In this document: positions 21,901-33,578 of the stretch, piece after piece | How positions within the stretch are numbered: the stretch's first letter is position 1 | How the letters are laid out: every line of letters begins with the position of its first letter | NCBI GenBank assembly: GCA_964035575.1 | Contig: OZ037834.1 | Span: 1,054,001 to 1,118,000 of the forward strand | Reading direction: 5' to 3' | DNA length: 64,000 nucleotides | DNA from: Rhynchopus sp. YZ270_cl-10 | Taxonomy: Eukaryota | Program-made: the position numbers and the translations under genes | Notes under the pieces: model-generated | Seen by the model: only the letters and a program-made list of their open reading frames with translations | What the model was told of the DNA's origin: nothing | The model's database searches: none

Positions 21901-24900
21901 GCTAAGGAGCTAAGGAGCTAAGGAGCTAAGGAGCTAAGGAGCTAAGGAGCTAAGGAGCTAAGGAGCTAAGGAGCTAAGGAGCTAAGGAGCTAAGGAGCTA
22001 AGGAGCTAAGGAGCTAAGGAGCTAAGGAGCTAAGGAGCTAAGGAGCTAAGGAGCTAAGGAGCTAAGGAGCTAAGGAGCTAAGGAGCTAAGGAGCTAAGGA
22101 GCTAAGGAGCTAAGGAGCTAAGGAGCTAAGGAGCTAAGGAGCTAAGGAGCTAAGGAGCTAAGGAGCTAAGGAGCTAAGGAGCTAAGGAGCTAAGGAGCTA
22201 AGGAGCTAAGGAGCTAAGGAGCTAAGGAGCTAAGGAGCTAAGGAGCTAAGGAGCTAAGGAGCTAAGGAGCTAAGGAGCTAAGGAGCTAAGGAGCTAAGGA
22301 GCTAAGGAGCTAAGGAGCTAAGGAGCTAAGGAGCTAAGGAGCTAAGGAGCTAAGGAGCTAAGGAGCTAAGGAGCTAAGGAGCTAAGGAGCTAAGGAGCTA
22401 AGGAGCTAAGGAGCTAAGGAGCTAAGGAGCTAAGGAGCTAAGGAGCTAAGGAGCTAAGGAGCTAAGGAGCTAAGGAGCTAAGGAGCTAAGGAGCTAAGGA
22501 GCTAAGGAGCTAAGGAGCTAAGGAGCTAAGGAGCTAAGGAGCTAAGGAGCTAAGGAGCTAAGGAGCTAAGGAGCTAAGGAGCTAAGGAGCTAAGGAGCTA
22601 AGGAGCTAAGGAGCTAAGGAGCTAAGGAGCTAAGGAGCTAAGGAGCTAAGGAGCTAAGGAGCTAAGGAGCTAAGGAGCTAAGGAGCTAAGGAGCTAAGGA
22701 GCTAAGGAGCTAAGGAGCTAAGGAGCTAAGGAGCTAAGGAGCTAAGGAGCTAAGGAGCTAAGGAGCTAAGGAGCTAAGGAGCTAAGGAGCTAAGGAGCTA
22801 AGGAGCTAAGGAGCTAAGGAGCTAAGGAGCTAAGGAGCTAAGGAGCTAAGGAGCTAAGGAGCTAAGGAGCTAAGGAGCTAAGGAGCTAAGGAGCTAAGGA
22901 GCTAAGGAGCTAAGGAGCTAAGGAGCTAAGGAGCTAAGGAGCTAAGGAGCTAAGGAGCTAAGGAGCTAAGGAGCTAAGGAGCTAAGGAGCTAAGGAGCTA
23001 AGGAGCTAAGGAGCTAAGGAGCTAAGGAGCTAAGGAGCTAAGGAGCTAAGGAGCTAAGGAGCTAAGGAGCTAAGGAGCTAAGGAGCTAAGGAGCTAAGGA
23101 GCTAAGGAGCTAAGGAGCTAAGGAGCTAAGGAGCTAAGGAGCTAAGGAGCTAAGGAGCTAAGGAGCTAAGGAGCTAAGGAGCTAAGGAGCTAAGGAGCTA
23201 AGGAGCTAAGGAGCTAAGGAGCTAAGGAGCTAAGGAGCTAAGGAGCTAAGGAGCTAAGGAGCTAAGGAGCTAAGGAGCTAAGGAGCTAAGGAGCTAAGGA
23301 GCTAAGGAGCTAAGGAGCTAAGGAGCTAAGGAGCTAAGGAGCTAAGGAGCTAAGGAGCTAAGGAGCTAAGGAGCTAAGGAGCTAAGGAGCTAAGGAGCTA
23401 AGGAGCTAAGGAGCTAAGGAGCTAAGGAGCTAAGGAGCTAAGGAGCTAAGGAGCTAAGGAGCTAAGGAGCTAAGGAGCTAAGGAGCTAAGGAGCTAAGGA
23501 GCTAAGGAGCTAAGGAGCTAAGGAGCTAAGGAGCTAAGGAGCTAAGGAGCTAAGGAGCTAAGGAGCTAAGGAGCTAAGGAGCTAAGGAGCTAAGGAGCTA
23601 AGGAGCTAAGGAGCTAAGGAGCTAAGGAGCTAAGGAGCTAAGGAGCTAAGGAGCTAAGGAGCTAAGGAGCTAAGGAGCTAAGGAGCTAAGGAGCTAAGGA
23701 GCTAAGGAGCTAAGGAGCTAAGGAGCTAAGGAGCTAAGGAGCTAAGGAGCTAAGGAGCTAAGGAGCTAAGGAGCTAAGGAGCTAAGGAGCTAAGGAGCTA
23801 AGGAGCTAAGGAGCTAAGGAGCTAAGGAGCTAAGGAGCTAAGGAGCTAAGGAGCTAAGGAGCTAAGGAGCTAAGGAGCTAAGGAGCTAAGGAGCTAAGGA
23901 GCTAAGGAGCTAAGGAGCTAAGGAGCTAAGGAGCTAAGGAGCTAAGGAGCTAAGGAGCTAAGGAGCTAAGGAGCTAAGGAGCTAAGGAGCTAAGGAGCTA
24001 AGGAGCTAAGGAGCTAAGGAGCTAAGGAGCTAAGGAGCTAAGGAGCTAAGGAGCTAAGGAGCTAAGGAGCTAAGGAGCTAAGGAGCTAAGGAGCTAAGGA
24101 GCTAAGGAGCTAAGGAGCTAAGGAGCTAAGGAGCTAAGGAGCTAAGGAGCTAAGGAGCTAAGGAGCTAAGGAGCTAAGGAGCTAAGGAGCTAAGGAGCTA
24201 AGGAGCTAAGGAGCTAAGGAGCTAAGGAGCTAAGGAGCTAAGGAGCTAAGGAGCTAAGGAGCTAAGGAGCTAAGGAGCTAAGGAGCTAAGGAGCTAAGGA
24301 GCTAAGGAGCTAAGGAGCTAAGGAGCTAAGGAGCTAAGGAGCTAAGGAGCTAAGGAGCTAAGGAGCTAAGGAGCTAAGGAGCTAAGGAGCTAAGGAGCTA
24401 AGGAGCTAAGGAGCTAAGGAGCTAAGGAGCTAAGGAGCTAAGGAGCTAAGGAGCTAAGGAGCTAAGGAGCTAAGGAGCTAAGGAGCTAAGGAGCTAAGGA
24501 GCTAAGGAGCTAAGGAGCTAAGGAGCTAAGGAGCTAAGGAGCTAAGGAGCTAAGGAGCTAAGGAGCTAAGGAGCTAAGGAGCTAAGGAGCTAAGGAGCTA
24601 AGGAGCTAAGGAGCTAAGGAGCTAAGGAGCTAAGGAGCTAAGGAGCTAAGGAGCTAAGGAGCTAAGGAGCTAAGGAGCTAAGGAGCTAAGGAGCTAAGGA
24701 GCTAAGGAGCTAAGGAGCTAAGGAGCTAAGGAGCTAAGGAGCTAAGGAGCTAAGGAGCTAAGGAGCTAAGGAGCTAAGGAGCTAAGGAGCTAAGGAGCTA
24801 AGGAGCTAAGGAGCTAAGGAGCTAAGGAGCTAAGGAGCTAAGGAGCTAAGGAGCTAAGGAGCTAAGGAGCTAAGGAGCTAAGGAGCTAAGGAGCTAAGGA

Positions 24901-26733
24901 GCTAAGGAGCTAAGGAGCTAAGGAGCTAAGGAGCTAAGGAGCTAAGGAGCTAAGGAGCTAAGGAGCTAAGGAGCTAAGGAGCTAAGGAGCTAAGGAGCTA
25001 AGGAGCTAAGGAGCTAAGGAGCTAAGGAGCTAAGGAGCTAAGGAGCTAAGGAGCTAAGGAGCTAAGGAGCTAAGGAGCTAAGGAGCTAAGGAGCTAAGGA
25101 GCTAAGGAGCTAAGGAGCTAAGGAGCTAAGGAGCTAAGGAGCTAAGGAGCTAAGGAGCTAAGGAGCTAAGGAGCTAAGGAGCTAAGGAGCTAAGGAGCTA
25201 AGGAGCTAAGGAGCTAAGGAGCTAAGGAGCTAAGGAGCTAAGGAGCTAAGGAGCTAAGGAGCTAAGGAGCTAAGGAGCTAAGGAGCTAAGGAGCTAAGGA
25301 GCTAAGGAGCTAAGGAGCTAAGGAGCTAAGGAGCTAAGGAGCTAAGGAGCTAAGGAGCTAAGGAGCTAAGGAGCTAAGGAGCTAAGGAGCTAAGGAGCTA
25401 AGGAGCTAAGGAGCTAAGGAGCTAAGGAGCTAAGGAGCTAAGGAGCTAAGGAGCTAAGGAGCTAAGGAGCTAAGGAGCTAAGGAGCTAAGGAGCTAAGGA
25501 GCTAAGGAGCTAAGGAGCTAAGGAGCTAAGGAGCTAAGGAGCTAAGGAGCTAAGGAGCTAAGGAGCTAAGGAGCTAAGGAGCTAAGGAGCTAAGGAGCTA
25601 AGGAGCTAAGGAGCTAAGGAGCTAAGGAGCTAAGGAGCTAAGGAGCTAAGGAGCTAAGGAGCTAAGGAGCTAAGGAGCTAAGGAGCTAAGGAGCTAAGGA
25701 GCTAAGGAGCTAAGGAGCTAAGGAGCTAAGGAGCTAAGGAGCTAAGGAGCTAAGGAGCTAAGGAGCTAAGGAGCTAAGGAGCTAAGGAGCTAAGGAGCTA
25801 AGGAGCTAAGGAGCTAAGGAGCTAAGGAGCTAAGGAGCTAAGGAGCTAAGGAGCTAAGGAGCTAAGGAGCTAAGGAGCTAAGGAGCTAAGGAGCTAAGGA
25901 GCTAAGGAGCTAAGGAGCTAAGGAGCTAAGGAGCTAAGGAGCTAAGGAGCTAAGGAGCTAAGGAGCTAAGGAGCTAAGGAGCTAAGGAGCTAAGGAGCTA
26001 AGGAGCTAAGGAGCTAAGGAGCTAAGGAGCTAAGGAGCTAAGGAGCTAAGGAGCTAAGGAGCTAAGGAGCTAAGGAGCTAAGGAGCTAAGGAGCTAAGGA
26101 GCTAAGGAGCTAAGGAGCTAAGGAGCTAAGGAGCTAAGGAGCTAAGGAGCTAAGGAGCTAAGGAGCTAAGGAGCTAAGGAGCTAAGGAGCTAAGGAGCTA
26201 AGGAGCTAAGGAGCTAAGGAGCTAAGGAGCTAAGGAGCTAAGGAGCTAAGGAGCTAAGGAGCTAAGGAGCTAAGGAGCTAAGGAGCTAAGGAGCTAAGGA
26301 GCTAAGGAGCTAAGGAGCTAAGGAGCTAAGGAGCTAAGGAGCTAAGGAGCTAAGGAGCTAAGGAGCTAAGGAGCTAAGGAGCTAAGGAGCTAAGGAGCTA
26401 AGGAGCTAAGGAGCTAAGGAGCTAAGGAGCTAAGGAGCTAAGGAGCTAAGGAGCTAAGGAGCTAAGGAGCTAAGGAGCTAAGGAGCTAAGGAGCTAAGGA
26501 GCTAAGGAGCTAAGGAGCTAAGGAGCTAAGGAGCTAAGGAGCTAAGGAGCTAAGGAGCTAAGGAGCTAAGGAGCTAAGGAGCTAAGGAGCTAAGGAGCTA
26601 AGGAGCTAAGGAGCTAAGGAGCTAAGGAGCTAAGGAGCTAAGGAGCTAAGGAGCTAAGGAGCTAAGGAGCTAAGGAGCTAAGGAGCTAAGGAGCTAAGGA
26701 GCTAAGGAGCCAAGGAGCTAAGGAGCTAAGGAG
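15948..26733. repeat. (AGCTAAGG)n 8-bp satellite, ~1350 copies, 10.8 kb
   Basis: Perfect throughout by eye except one T>C at 26711. Confidence 0.98.
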
Positions 26734-27169
26734 GCCTTTTTTTTTTTTTTTTTGAAATCTTGGTTTATCGTGGACACCCGAGGATGAACTCCGCTTTTTT
26801 TTTGTTGTTGAAAAAGTTTTGTACAGTATTTTGCTATTTTGTCCCACTACACTTACATACTCTCCGACGACTCTTTCAGCCGTTCGCTTTCTGTCATGTG
26901 ACCCTTACCAGCCACGTCACCCAAAAAAAAAGACCCCAAACTGTGATACTCTCTCATGTTGATGAGTTATCAAATAACGCAACGAAGGAATTGAAAAAAA
27001 GCGCAAGCCAGTGACGAAAGACACTGGTTGATAAGAGTACCACACACAGAACCAGTTTCCACGCATCCAATGACATCCTCTAGCTGAGCGAAATAGTAAA
27101 CCCCAACCCGTTAAAATCGGAAAAAATCTTGACTTGGAATACAACAGCGGGTGTACGGGGTGCACCCCG

Positions 27170-27480
27170 CCGTGCAGATTGAACTGAGAGAAAAAAAACC
27201 CCAAACCCTCCCAGACCAAATGGTCAAACCTGAGGTGGCTCGTCTTCACGAATACTAAACCTAAGCTATCACAAGTGCCCAGTCATATCTCCGGGGGGGA
27301 AAGCGCGATAAAATTCACGAATCCCGTATCGGAACCGAAACTTTGGGGAACCAGCCATTTCGGCCTCAGGTTCCCCTCAGGTGCTTCGTGCACCTGAGGG
27401 GAATCGCAGAGAGGCCAACACGTTGGACTCAGAGGAATGCCTGCTGTGCAGGTATCAAACATGAGAGCCAACTCCCAGCA
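27170..27480 (-). pseudogene. Possible degraded hAT transposase N-terminal fragment
   Basis: Broken frames read LMF..CTAGIPLS...LRPKWLVP...SLGLVFVKTS, loosely like the region before the first catalytic Asp. Confidence 0.25.
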
Positions 27481-28130
27481 ACATTTTGGCGGGTATTGTG
27501 TACCGTTTTGGGCCGCTGCAATTGTGCTGTAATTGTGGCGTAATTGTGCTCAGTTTGGGTCAGTTGTGCTCAGTTGTGCGTAAGTGTGTGTACGTGTGCG
27601 TAAGTGTTGGTACTTGTGGAGTACTTGTGGGGGGCATACAGTTGGAAAAAAGAATTATTTTCGTTGGTGAAGCGTTTAAACGCCGGCATTTGCCCTTGTA
27701 TTAGTGTGGAATTGTGCTGAAATTGTACTGAAATTGTGCCTAATTTTGGCACAGCTCAGGTCAGTTGGGTGTGAGTTGTGCCCAGTTGTGTCATGGGTAA
27801 AACGGTGAACGAGTGAGTTGTTGAATGTCGGAGACGTGGCGAAGCTTCTCATCGCAATCGTTAACCCTACCTTGTCTGCACATTTGTTGCGCGCCCTCTG
27901 GGACAGAAGCTGGCCTAAGATTTCGGTTCCAATATGATTTTTTCCCAAATAAAAAAAAAAAAAAAAAATGTACAACTTAACAAGGGTGATAAGTGAGTGA
28001 AAAATCCTTCATGATTCAGATTTTTCACAAATTCGGAGCCTATCTTTCCTTTATACCCCGTCCCCTCAAAACCACAAACACATAAACCGGATTTTGCCTA
28101 CCCAACCTCCCAATGACTTTCGTGCGGTAA

Positions 28131-30302
28131 TCACGACTGCTGTGAACGGAGAGTCGGATCAGCCTGGTCTAGCTCTGCAAGCTCGGTGTCATGGAACAGC
28201 TTGTAGTACAGCTCCTCATACGCACCGTGGTAGCCCAGCATGCACCACGGCTGTGTCTCTGAGTTCGTTTCGGGGCTGCTGTACGCAGTGGTGAATTCGT
28301 GATGTATGTGTCCGTTCTCACTAGTGTGGACTTTCTTCGAGTGTTCGATGAGGCCACGCATGTACTGGCGCAGCGTGATGCCCTTCTCTTCTACTTCTGG
28401 GTCGGCGATACGGTTCCCATCTCCAGCATTCATCTCCATGACGTGCAGTGCGCGCAGGATGAGCGACGCCTTGTAGTTCCACAACATGCCGTCGTGCGCG
28501 TCAGGGTCCGTCACCACGACCTCGAGGCGGAGGTGCTGCCGCGGCTCGTCCAGCTGGGAGGCACTCAGAGTGTACCGGATGCAGTTGATGGCACGAGACA
28601 AATTCAACAGCAAGTCCTCCTTCTTTGCCTTGAAAGGGAGCACGTCGTGTGTGGCAACGATGTAGGACAGTGCAAGCATGCCCGCACCGTGGCAATCGAG
28701 GAACCAAGCCCCATCCAAGTCACACGTGATGAAGCCATTTTTCTTCTGAAACGCAAGGAGGCAGGTAACGAGGTCGTTGAGAATGTGGATCAGACGGGTG
28801 TACGTCTCTTCGTCGTGGCGGTTGATGAGCGCAAGCTTGATGACAGCAAGGATCGTCATCGAGTTCCCACGCTGGAAGACCTCCTTGTAGGATTGGTCCA
28901 TTTTACCATCTTGGCCGAGGATGAAGTTCTTGTAGTACGCCTCGAGGTGCAGGAGACACCATTTGTTGATCTCCGCAAACCTCTTCTCCTGCGCTGCCTC
29001 AGGTGTTCTGTACATCTTCCGCTTCAAGAAGTACGCATATGAGGACATGCTCGACAGCTCTGCACCGTAGTCGTAGGAGATCGAGAAGTCGGTCAGCTCC
29101 TTGCGCGACTCGATTGTCTTCAACAGGGTGTCATACGGCATCGTTTTGTACAGCCCTCCTGCAGTCAGCACACCCAAGTCTTCCACACTGAAAACTTCAT
29201 TTTTCAAAAGTGTTTCCCTCCCGAACACCGTTGTGAAGGATTTGATGAGGGATCCTTCAGCTTCTAAGGTAATTTCAGTGAGGGATTTGTCCTTAGCAAT
29301 GTGGTGCCAACCGTAGGAGAAGCCCATCTTGCCCTCGACAGAGAAGCTGAACCACTCAAGCTCCTTTGCGGGGAGAACACCCTTCCCACCCTTGGCAGGT
29401 ATGCACTTCACAGCCTTGCCTGCGTACTTCCGACAGAAGCGCGAATATGGCTGCTCGTCAAGGGCACGCTTTACACGCACGACAACGTTTTGGAGGGGTT
29501 GCTTTTGGATGTTGCGCACGTCAACGTAGGTGTAGGCAACCACAGTCTCCTCACGCATCACAAAGCGCCACTCAACCTCCGCTTTGCCTGCAATCTGCAT
29601 CACCGCCTTCACAACCACCTGCCCGTCGGTCTCGTCTATTGTTTTGTCCATCCCTTTAAAATCGACAGGGGAGCGGTACGTCTCACCATCGCAGGTGAAG
29701 GACACCTCGAAGCCTGCGGTGTGCGTCGCAGGTGTGCCTCTCCCGTCGTGGAAGCGATACCCCTGACGCACGACCAGGGCGTTTGCGTTGCCGAAGTAGT
29801 CCATAACACCGTTGCTGATGGTGAAATCGGTCATGGTTTTGTTTTTGATGCCGACCTTATTCTGCGACTTCCTGCGGAGGAAGAGCCCGTCACGACTCAT
29901 GTCCAAGATGAAGTCCACCATGCTGTCTGTTGTTTCTTTGTACTCTTCATAGACTCCAGGCATGATGAAGACCTCCATCGACTTTGCGTTGTCGTCGATC
30001 CAGAACCACCTGTCGCCGAGAATGTCTTCCTCTGTCTCGCGTGCTGCAGTGTGCGAACCTATGCCCGTGACGAGGCGGTCGTGGATGAAGCGGACACCTG
30101 GGAGAGTTCGGTTGAAGTCGACAAACTGTGCTTTGAAAGAGTTATGACTCCTGCGTGGGCGCGGGCGCGGCGTGGGTGTGTCTTTTTCTCCCAGTGCGTG
30201 CAGGGAGACCGCAACCTGAAGACGAAACACGTACGTCAGGCCCAATACCAGAAGCAACAGCACTGCAATCCCCTTTTCACTGAACGTCATTCTTGACATC
30301 AT
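28131..30302 (-). CDS. Uncharacterised type II membrane protein, paralog 1 (723 aa; divergent, Pro/Arg stalk)
   Basis: Long uninterrupted ORF, first ATG 30302; N-terminal hydrophobic segment; shares WIDDNAK, GYRFHDGR, SYDYGAELSS, LDCH, ETNSETQPWCMLG with four paralogs. Confidence 0.9.
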   Translation of the reverse strand: MMSRMTFSEKGIAVLLLLVLGLTYVFRLQVAVSLHALGEKDTPTPRPRPRRSHNSFKAQFVDFNRTLPGVRFIHDRLVTGIGSHTAARETEEDILGDRWFWIDDNAKSMEVFIMPGVYEEYKETTDSMVDFILDMSRDGLFLRRKSQNKVGIKNKTMTDFTISNGVMDYFGNANALVVRQGYRFHDGRGTPATHTAGFEVSFTCDGETYRSPVDFKGMDKTIDETDGQVVVKAVMQIAGKAEVEWRFVMREETVVAYTYVDVRNIQKQPLQNVVVRVKRALDEQPYSRFCRKYAGKAVKCIPAKGGKGVLPAKELEWFSFSVEGKMGFSYGWHHIAKDKSLTEITLEAEGSLIKSFTTVFGRETLLKNEVFSVEDLGVLTAGGLYKTMPYDTLLKTIESRKELTDFSISYDYGAELSSMSSYAYFLKRKMYRTPEAAQEKRFAEINKWCLLHLEAYYKNFILGQDGKMDQSYKEVFQRGNSMTILAVIKLALINRHDEETYTRLIHILNDLVTCLLAFQKKNGFITCDLDGAWFLDCHGAGMLALSYIVATHDVLPFKAKKEDLLLNLSRAINCIRYTLSASQLDEPRQHLRLEVVVTDPDAHDGMLWNYKASLILRALHVMEMNAGDGNRIADPEVEEKGITLRQYMRGLIEHSKKVHTSENGHIHHEFTTAYSSPETNSETQPWCMLGYHGAYEELYYKLFHDTELAELDQADPTLRSQQS

Positions 30303-30420
30303 TTTCCTTTTCTTTGGTGGTTCTGTTTGGGGTGTTGGTAGGTTGCACACCTAGAGGGGCACAGTTTTCAGGGGAGTATCCTTGTGGAGAAAAGGGGGGG
30401 CAGACATTGCTTTGTTGTAC

Positions 30421-32083
30421 CATAGATGGTAGTCGGCCGAAGTCGGCCCGACCACTTTTCGATTTTTTTTCCCCCTCGTTTTTCTTTGGTGTTGTTCAAC
30501 TTTGCCCAAGGCTCGACTTTATTTTTCCACATCAAACTGGACAGGGCAAGGGGGCTAACGTTTATAGAGATATTTAGTGCTGTGACAATTGGCGATAAAG
30601 GAGGAGCATTAACACGGGAGAGGAAGGGGAGAAAATAGACTGTCCAGTCTGTGTGGTTTTTACTGCATCTCCAGTATTGGTGCCCAGCTGGTTCTGGAGG
30701 GGAGGAAGGGGCGGGATGGGGGCTTTCTTTTTACGAAGGTCCGTCTTCTCTTGTCAGACCTGACGCTAAACAGTTACGAAAATCGCACTTTTTGGGCTTG
30801 GAATTCGGGTTTTTTTACGGGTTTTTTTACACAGGAATCAGGGACATTTTTCGACCCTGGTGGTGAAAATCATGATTTTTTTTTGCCCGCAGGATACGTT
30901 TCGAACACACTTATCGCTAAATATGCCGTTTCCCCCGAAAATTTTGAGAACCCCACGTCCAATTTCTTTCGTTTTTGGTGCTCCCGGAGGGGTCGATATT
31001 GACGGGTCGCTGACAGGTCGCTGACACAGGGACCCTATACACACACCCCCTGATATTGACAGGTCACCAACAGGTCGTGACACGTCGCTGACAGGTCGTT
31101 GACCGACTTCCGAAATCACCAGTTTTGCGCGAAAAAGGTCCTCAGAAGCTCAATTCCGAAAGCAAATACGGGGGGAGCGAAGTCTTCCAACTCTACGGTA
31201 CGCCACATTTCAAAAATTGCGCTTAAAATTGCACTTTTTTCACAGCCAAACTATATCATAAGAAGGGTGTAATGCAAGCTTGCGCCGCAGGCGCACGGTA
31301 CGCTACTTTTTTCTTTGGCCATATCCTTCTTTCTCACTCCTTATTGGGTTCTACGTGCTCTGTCCGTCAAATGGTGGGGTCACAACATGCAGCAAAGTTT
31401 GCAACTACGCAAACTGCCCCCACGTTCACTTTGTACTTTTCCTTCAGAAGACAAGTACCATCGGGAACATACGGAACTGTATTTTTTTTTTGCGGAGCAA
31501 AAAAAAATAATATAAAATGGCGCCGCAGGCGAAAAAATTTAGGGCACGGTGTAAAAATATAGCTATTTACACCACAGAGTCACTCAACGAACCCTTTTTT
31601 GCGGAGCATAACATGAAAACTGGCGCCGCAGGCAAAAAAAAAATTGAAGGTACAGCCTCCCGGGTCAACCCAACAGAATTTTCCCGGAAAAAAAAAAGAC
31701 TCCTCAAAATTTCCCGGAAAAAAAAGGATTTTCCCACGTAAAATTTCCCGTAAAAAAAACGACCTCTCAAGGATTTTGGAATTCCACTACGCGGTTTAGC
31801 AACATCCCTGTCTCTTGTAGTCTTTTTTTTTTTTTTTTTTTTCAAAAAAAAATTGCAAAAAAAAAGGGGGGGATCTGGTTTTTTTTTTTTTCCCTTTTTT
31901 TGATAAATTGTTGAACTAGTGTAGTTGCCTCGGTTGTGTTGCCACAGTTGTGCAACCTCCACTGTTTTTTTTTTTGCTGGCATGACCTGAGAGTGACCTG
32001 GTGTTTCCGACTCGGGACGAGTCGGGCCGACTTTTTTTCGAGTCGGCCCGCGTCGGCCCGACTCCGGCCAACTACCATCTATG
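30421..32083. mobile_element. Non-autonomous hAT-like element, 6-bp TSD
   Basis: TIR CATAGATGGTAGT / ACTACCATCTATG; TTGTAC on both sides; subterminal GTCGGCCCGAC motifs. Confidence 0.88.
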
Positions 32084-32607
32084 TTGTACTATTGACTATT
32101 TTTTTTTTTATTCTTTTTTTTTTTTTTTTTGTTTGTTTGTTTTTTGAAAATGGTGCGTTGGAAATCGGTCAACGACCTGTCAGCGACCTGTCAATATCGA
32201 CCCCTCCCGGAGCACCAGAAAACTTCTTTTTTTTTTTTCCTTCTTTTTTTCCCCCCCCCTTTTTTGCAGCTTTCTCCCTCGCGAGCACACAATAAAAATC
32301 AAGAATATCGCATCTTATGAACACGCCTGGGTCAGTACCGATCGGAACACCGACACAATTTAAAGACTGTGGTTATAACAACCAGAGAGGCAACCCACCT
32401 CAGAAGATACTGCACCGAGACAAACGTTTTTCGGGCAAAACAAGAGCTTGGGTCACCCCATATCCGCAGAACACCCCGTTTTTTCGATCGCGATTACTTG
32501 TTTTTTTTTTTGTGTCGACAACCACTTCGTTCCAAAAACGGAACAAAAGTTTTAGAACAGTCTGTGCATTGTTTGAGTAATGCACAGGCTGTACACGTTC
32601 TGAATTA

Positions 32608-33578
32608 GTTATATACTCCAGGGAAAAATTGAAGCTTTTTTTCCCCGAGGGGGGTGCAACTCCCAAGGATGTGTATTTCCCGAGCCGAAGGCGAGGGAAA
32701 TACGAATCCGAGGGAGTTGGCACCCCCCAAGGGGAAAAATCTTCAATTTCTCCCAGGAGTTTGTAATTTTATTGCCTCCAAATAGTGCCGAAAGCCAAAA
32801 TTTTAGGGGGTTTTGACCCACCGCGTGTGCACATCAGTTGGTGGGTGCTTGGGGTGCCGTACAATAAGAAATGAAGCCGAAAACTAGGGGAGGAGGGTCT
32901 TTTTGTATGTCTGAATACTTTTGTTAGTGTTTTTTGTTGAGACGGCTGAAGTAACACCAGATGGTGTTCGACTTCAATTTCCGTTCTTTGTGCAAGTGAT
33001 CGAAGTAGCGGTGTAATCTTCTCACGTGGCTTGCGGGACTTGATCTTCGACAATTTCAGAAATCCTTGCAAAGCAATGTCATGGGTTTCTTTTGTGGGCG
33101 CCTTCTTCTGAGCATCCTCATAGATATCTGAGGCCTGCTTCTTGGTAGTCCTTGGCATGATCTTGTGTTTTTGACGTTTAAATCCCTCTGGGAAATGTTT
33201 TTTGGGTGGAAAAAAACCTCAAAAACGCGTTTTAGACCCCTAGAAAGGCTCAAAACTGCTCAATTCTTGCTGGAATTGCAAAATTGGGCACTTTTAGGGG
33301 TATGACCAAAAAAATTTTCGAGAGTCTAGTTAGTACGGAGGCGCACCTTAGAAGGCAAAAAATCAAAAAAACAGCAGGGAAAAATAGACTTTTTATTCCC
33401 TGCCCCTTTTTAGCTGGGGTTCCCGGCTATTTACTATTTATTCCCTGCTCAAATTTACTTTTTTTCCCTCACCCCAGCCATTTACGGCTAAAAAATGCAG
33501 GGAAAAAAACCTACTTTATTTCCTGCCCCCCTAAAGCATTTTGGCTTGAGGCACAATATTTGGAGGCAATAATATATA
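32608..33578 (-). mobile_element. Long-hairpin/asymmetric-inverted-repeat element 1 (Crypton-like or rolling-circle; class uncertain)
   Basis: ~150-bp hairpin 32610-32765 centred on CCGAGCCGAAGGCGAGG; IR ATTGCCTCCAAATA (32771) / TATTTGGAGGCAAT (~33557-33570); short ORF 32769-33158. Confidence 0.6.

Noticed and set aside
15948..26733. Bona fide telomere
   Set aside because: Interstitial in this assembly and not a telomere repeat I recognise
30970..32225. Inverted repeat 30970-31125 / 32145-32225 as TIRs of one element
   Set aside because: Straddles the TSD-defined boundary at 32083; more likely separate fragments of a dispersed repeat
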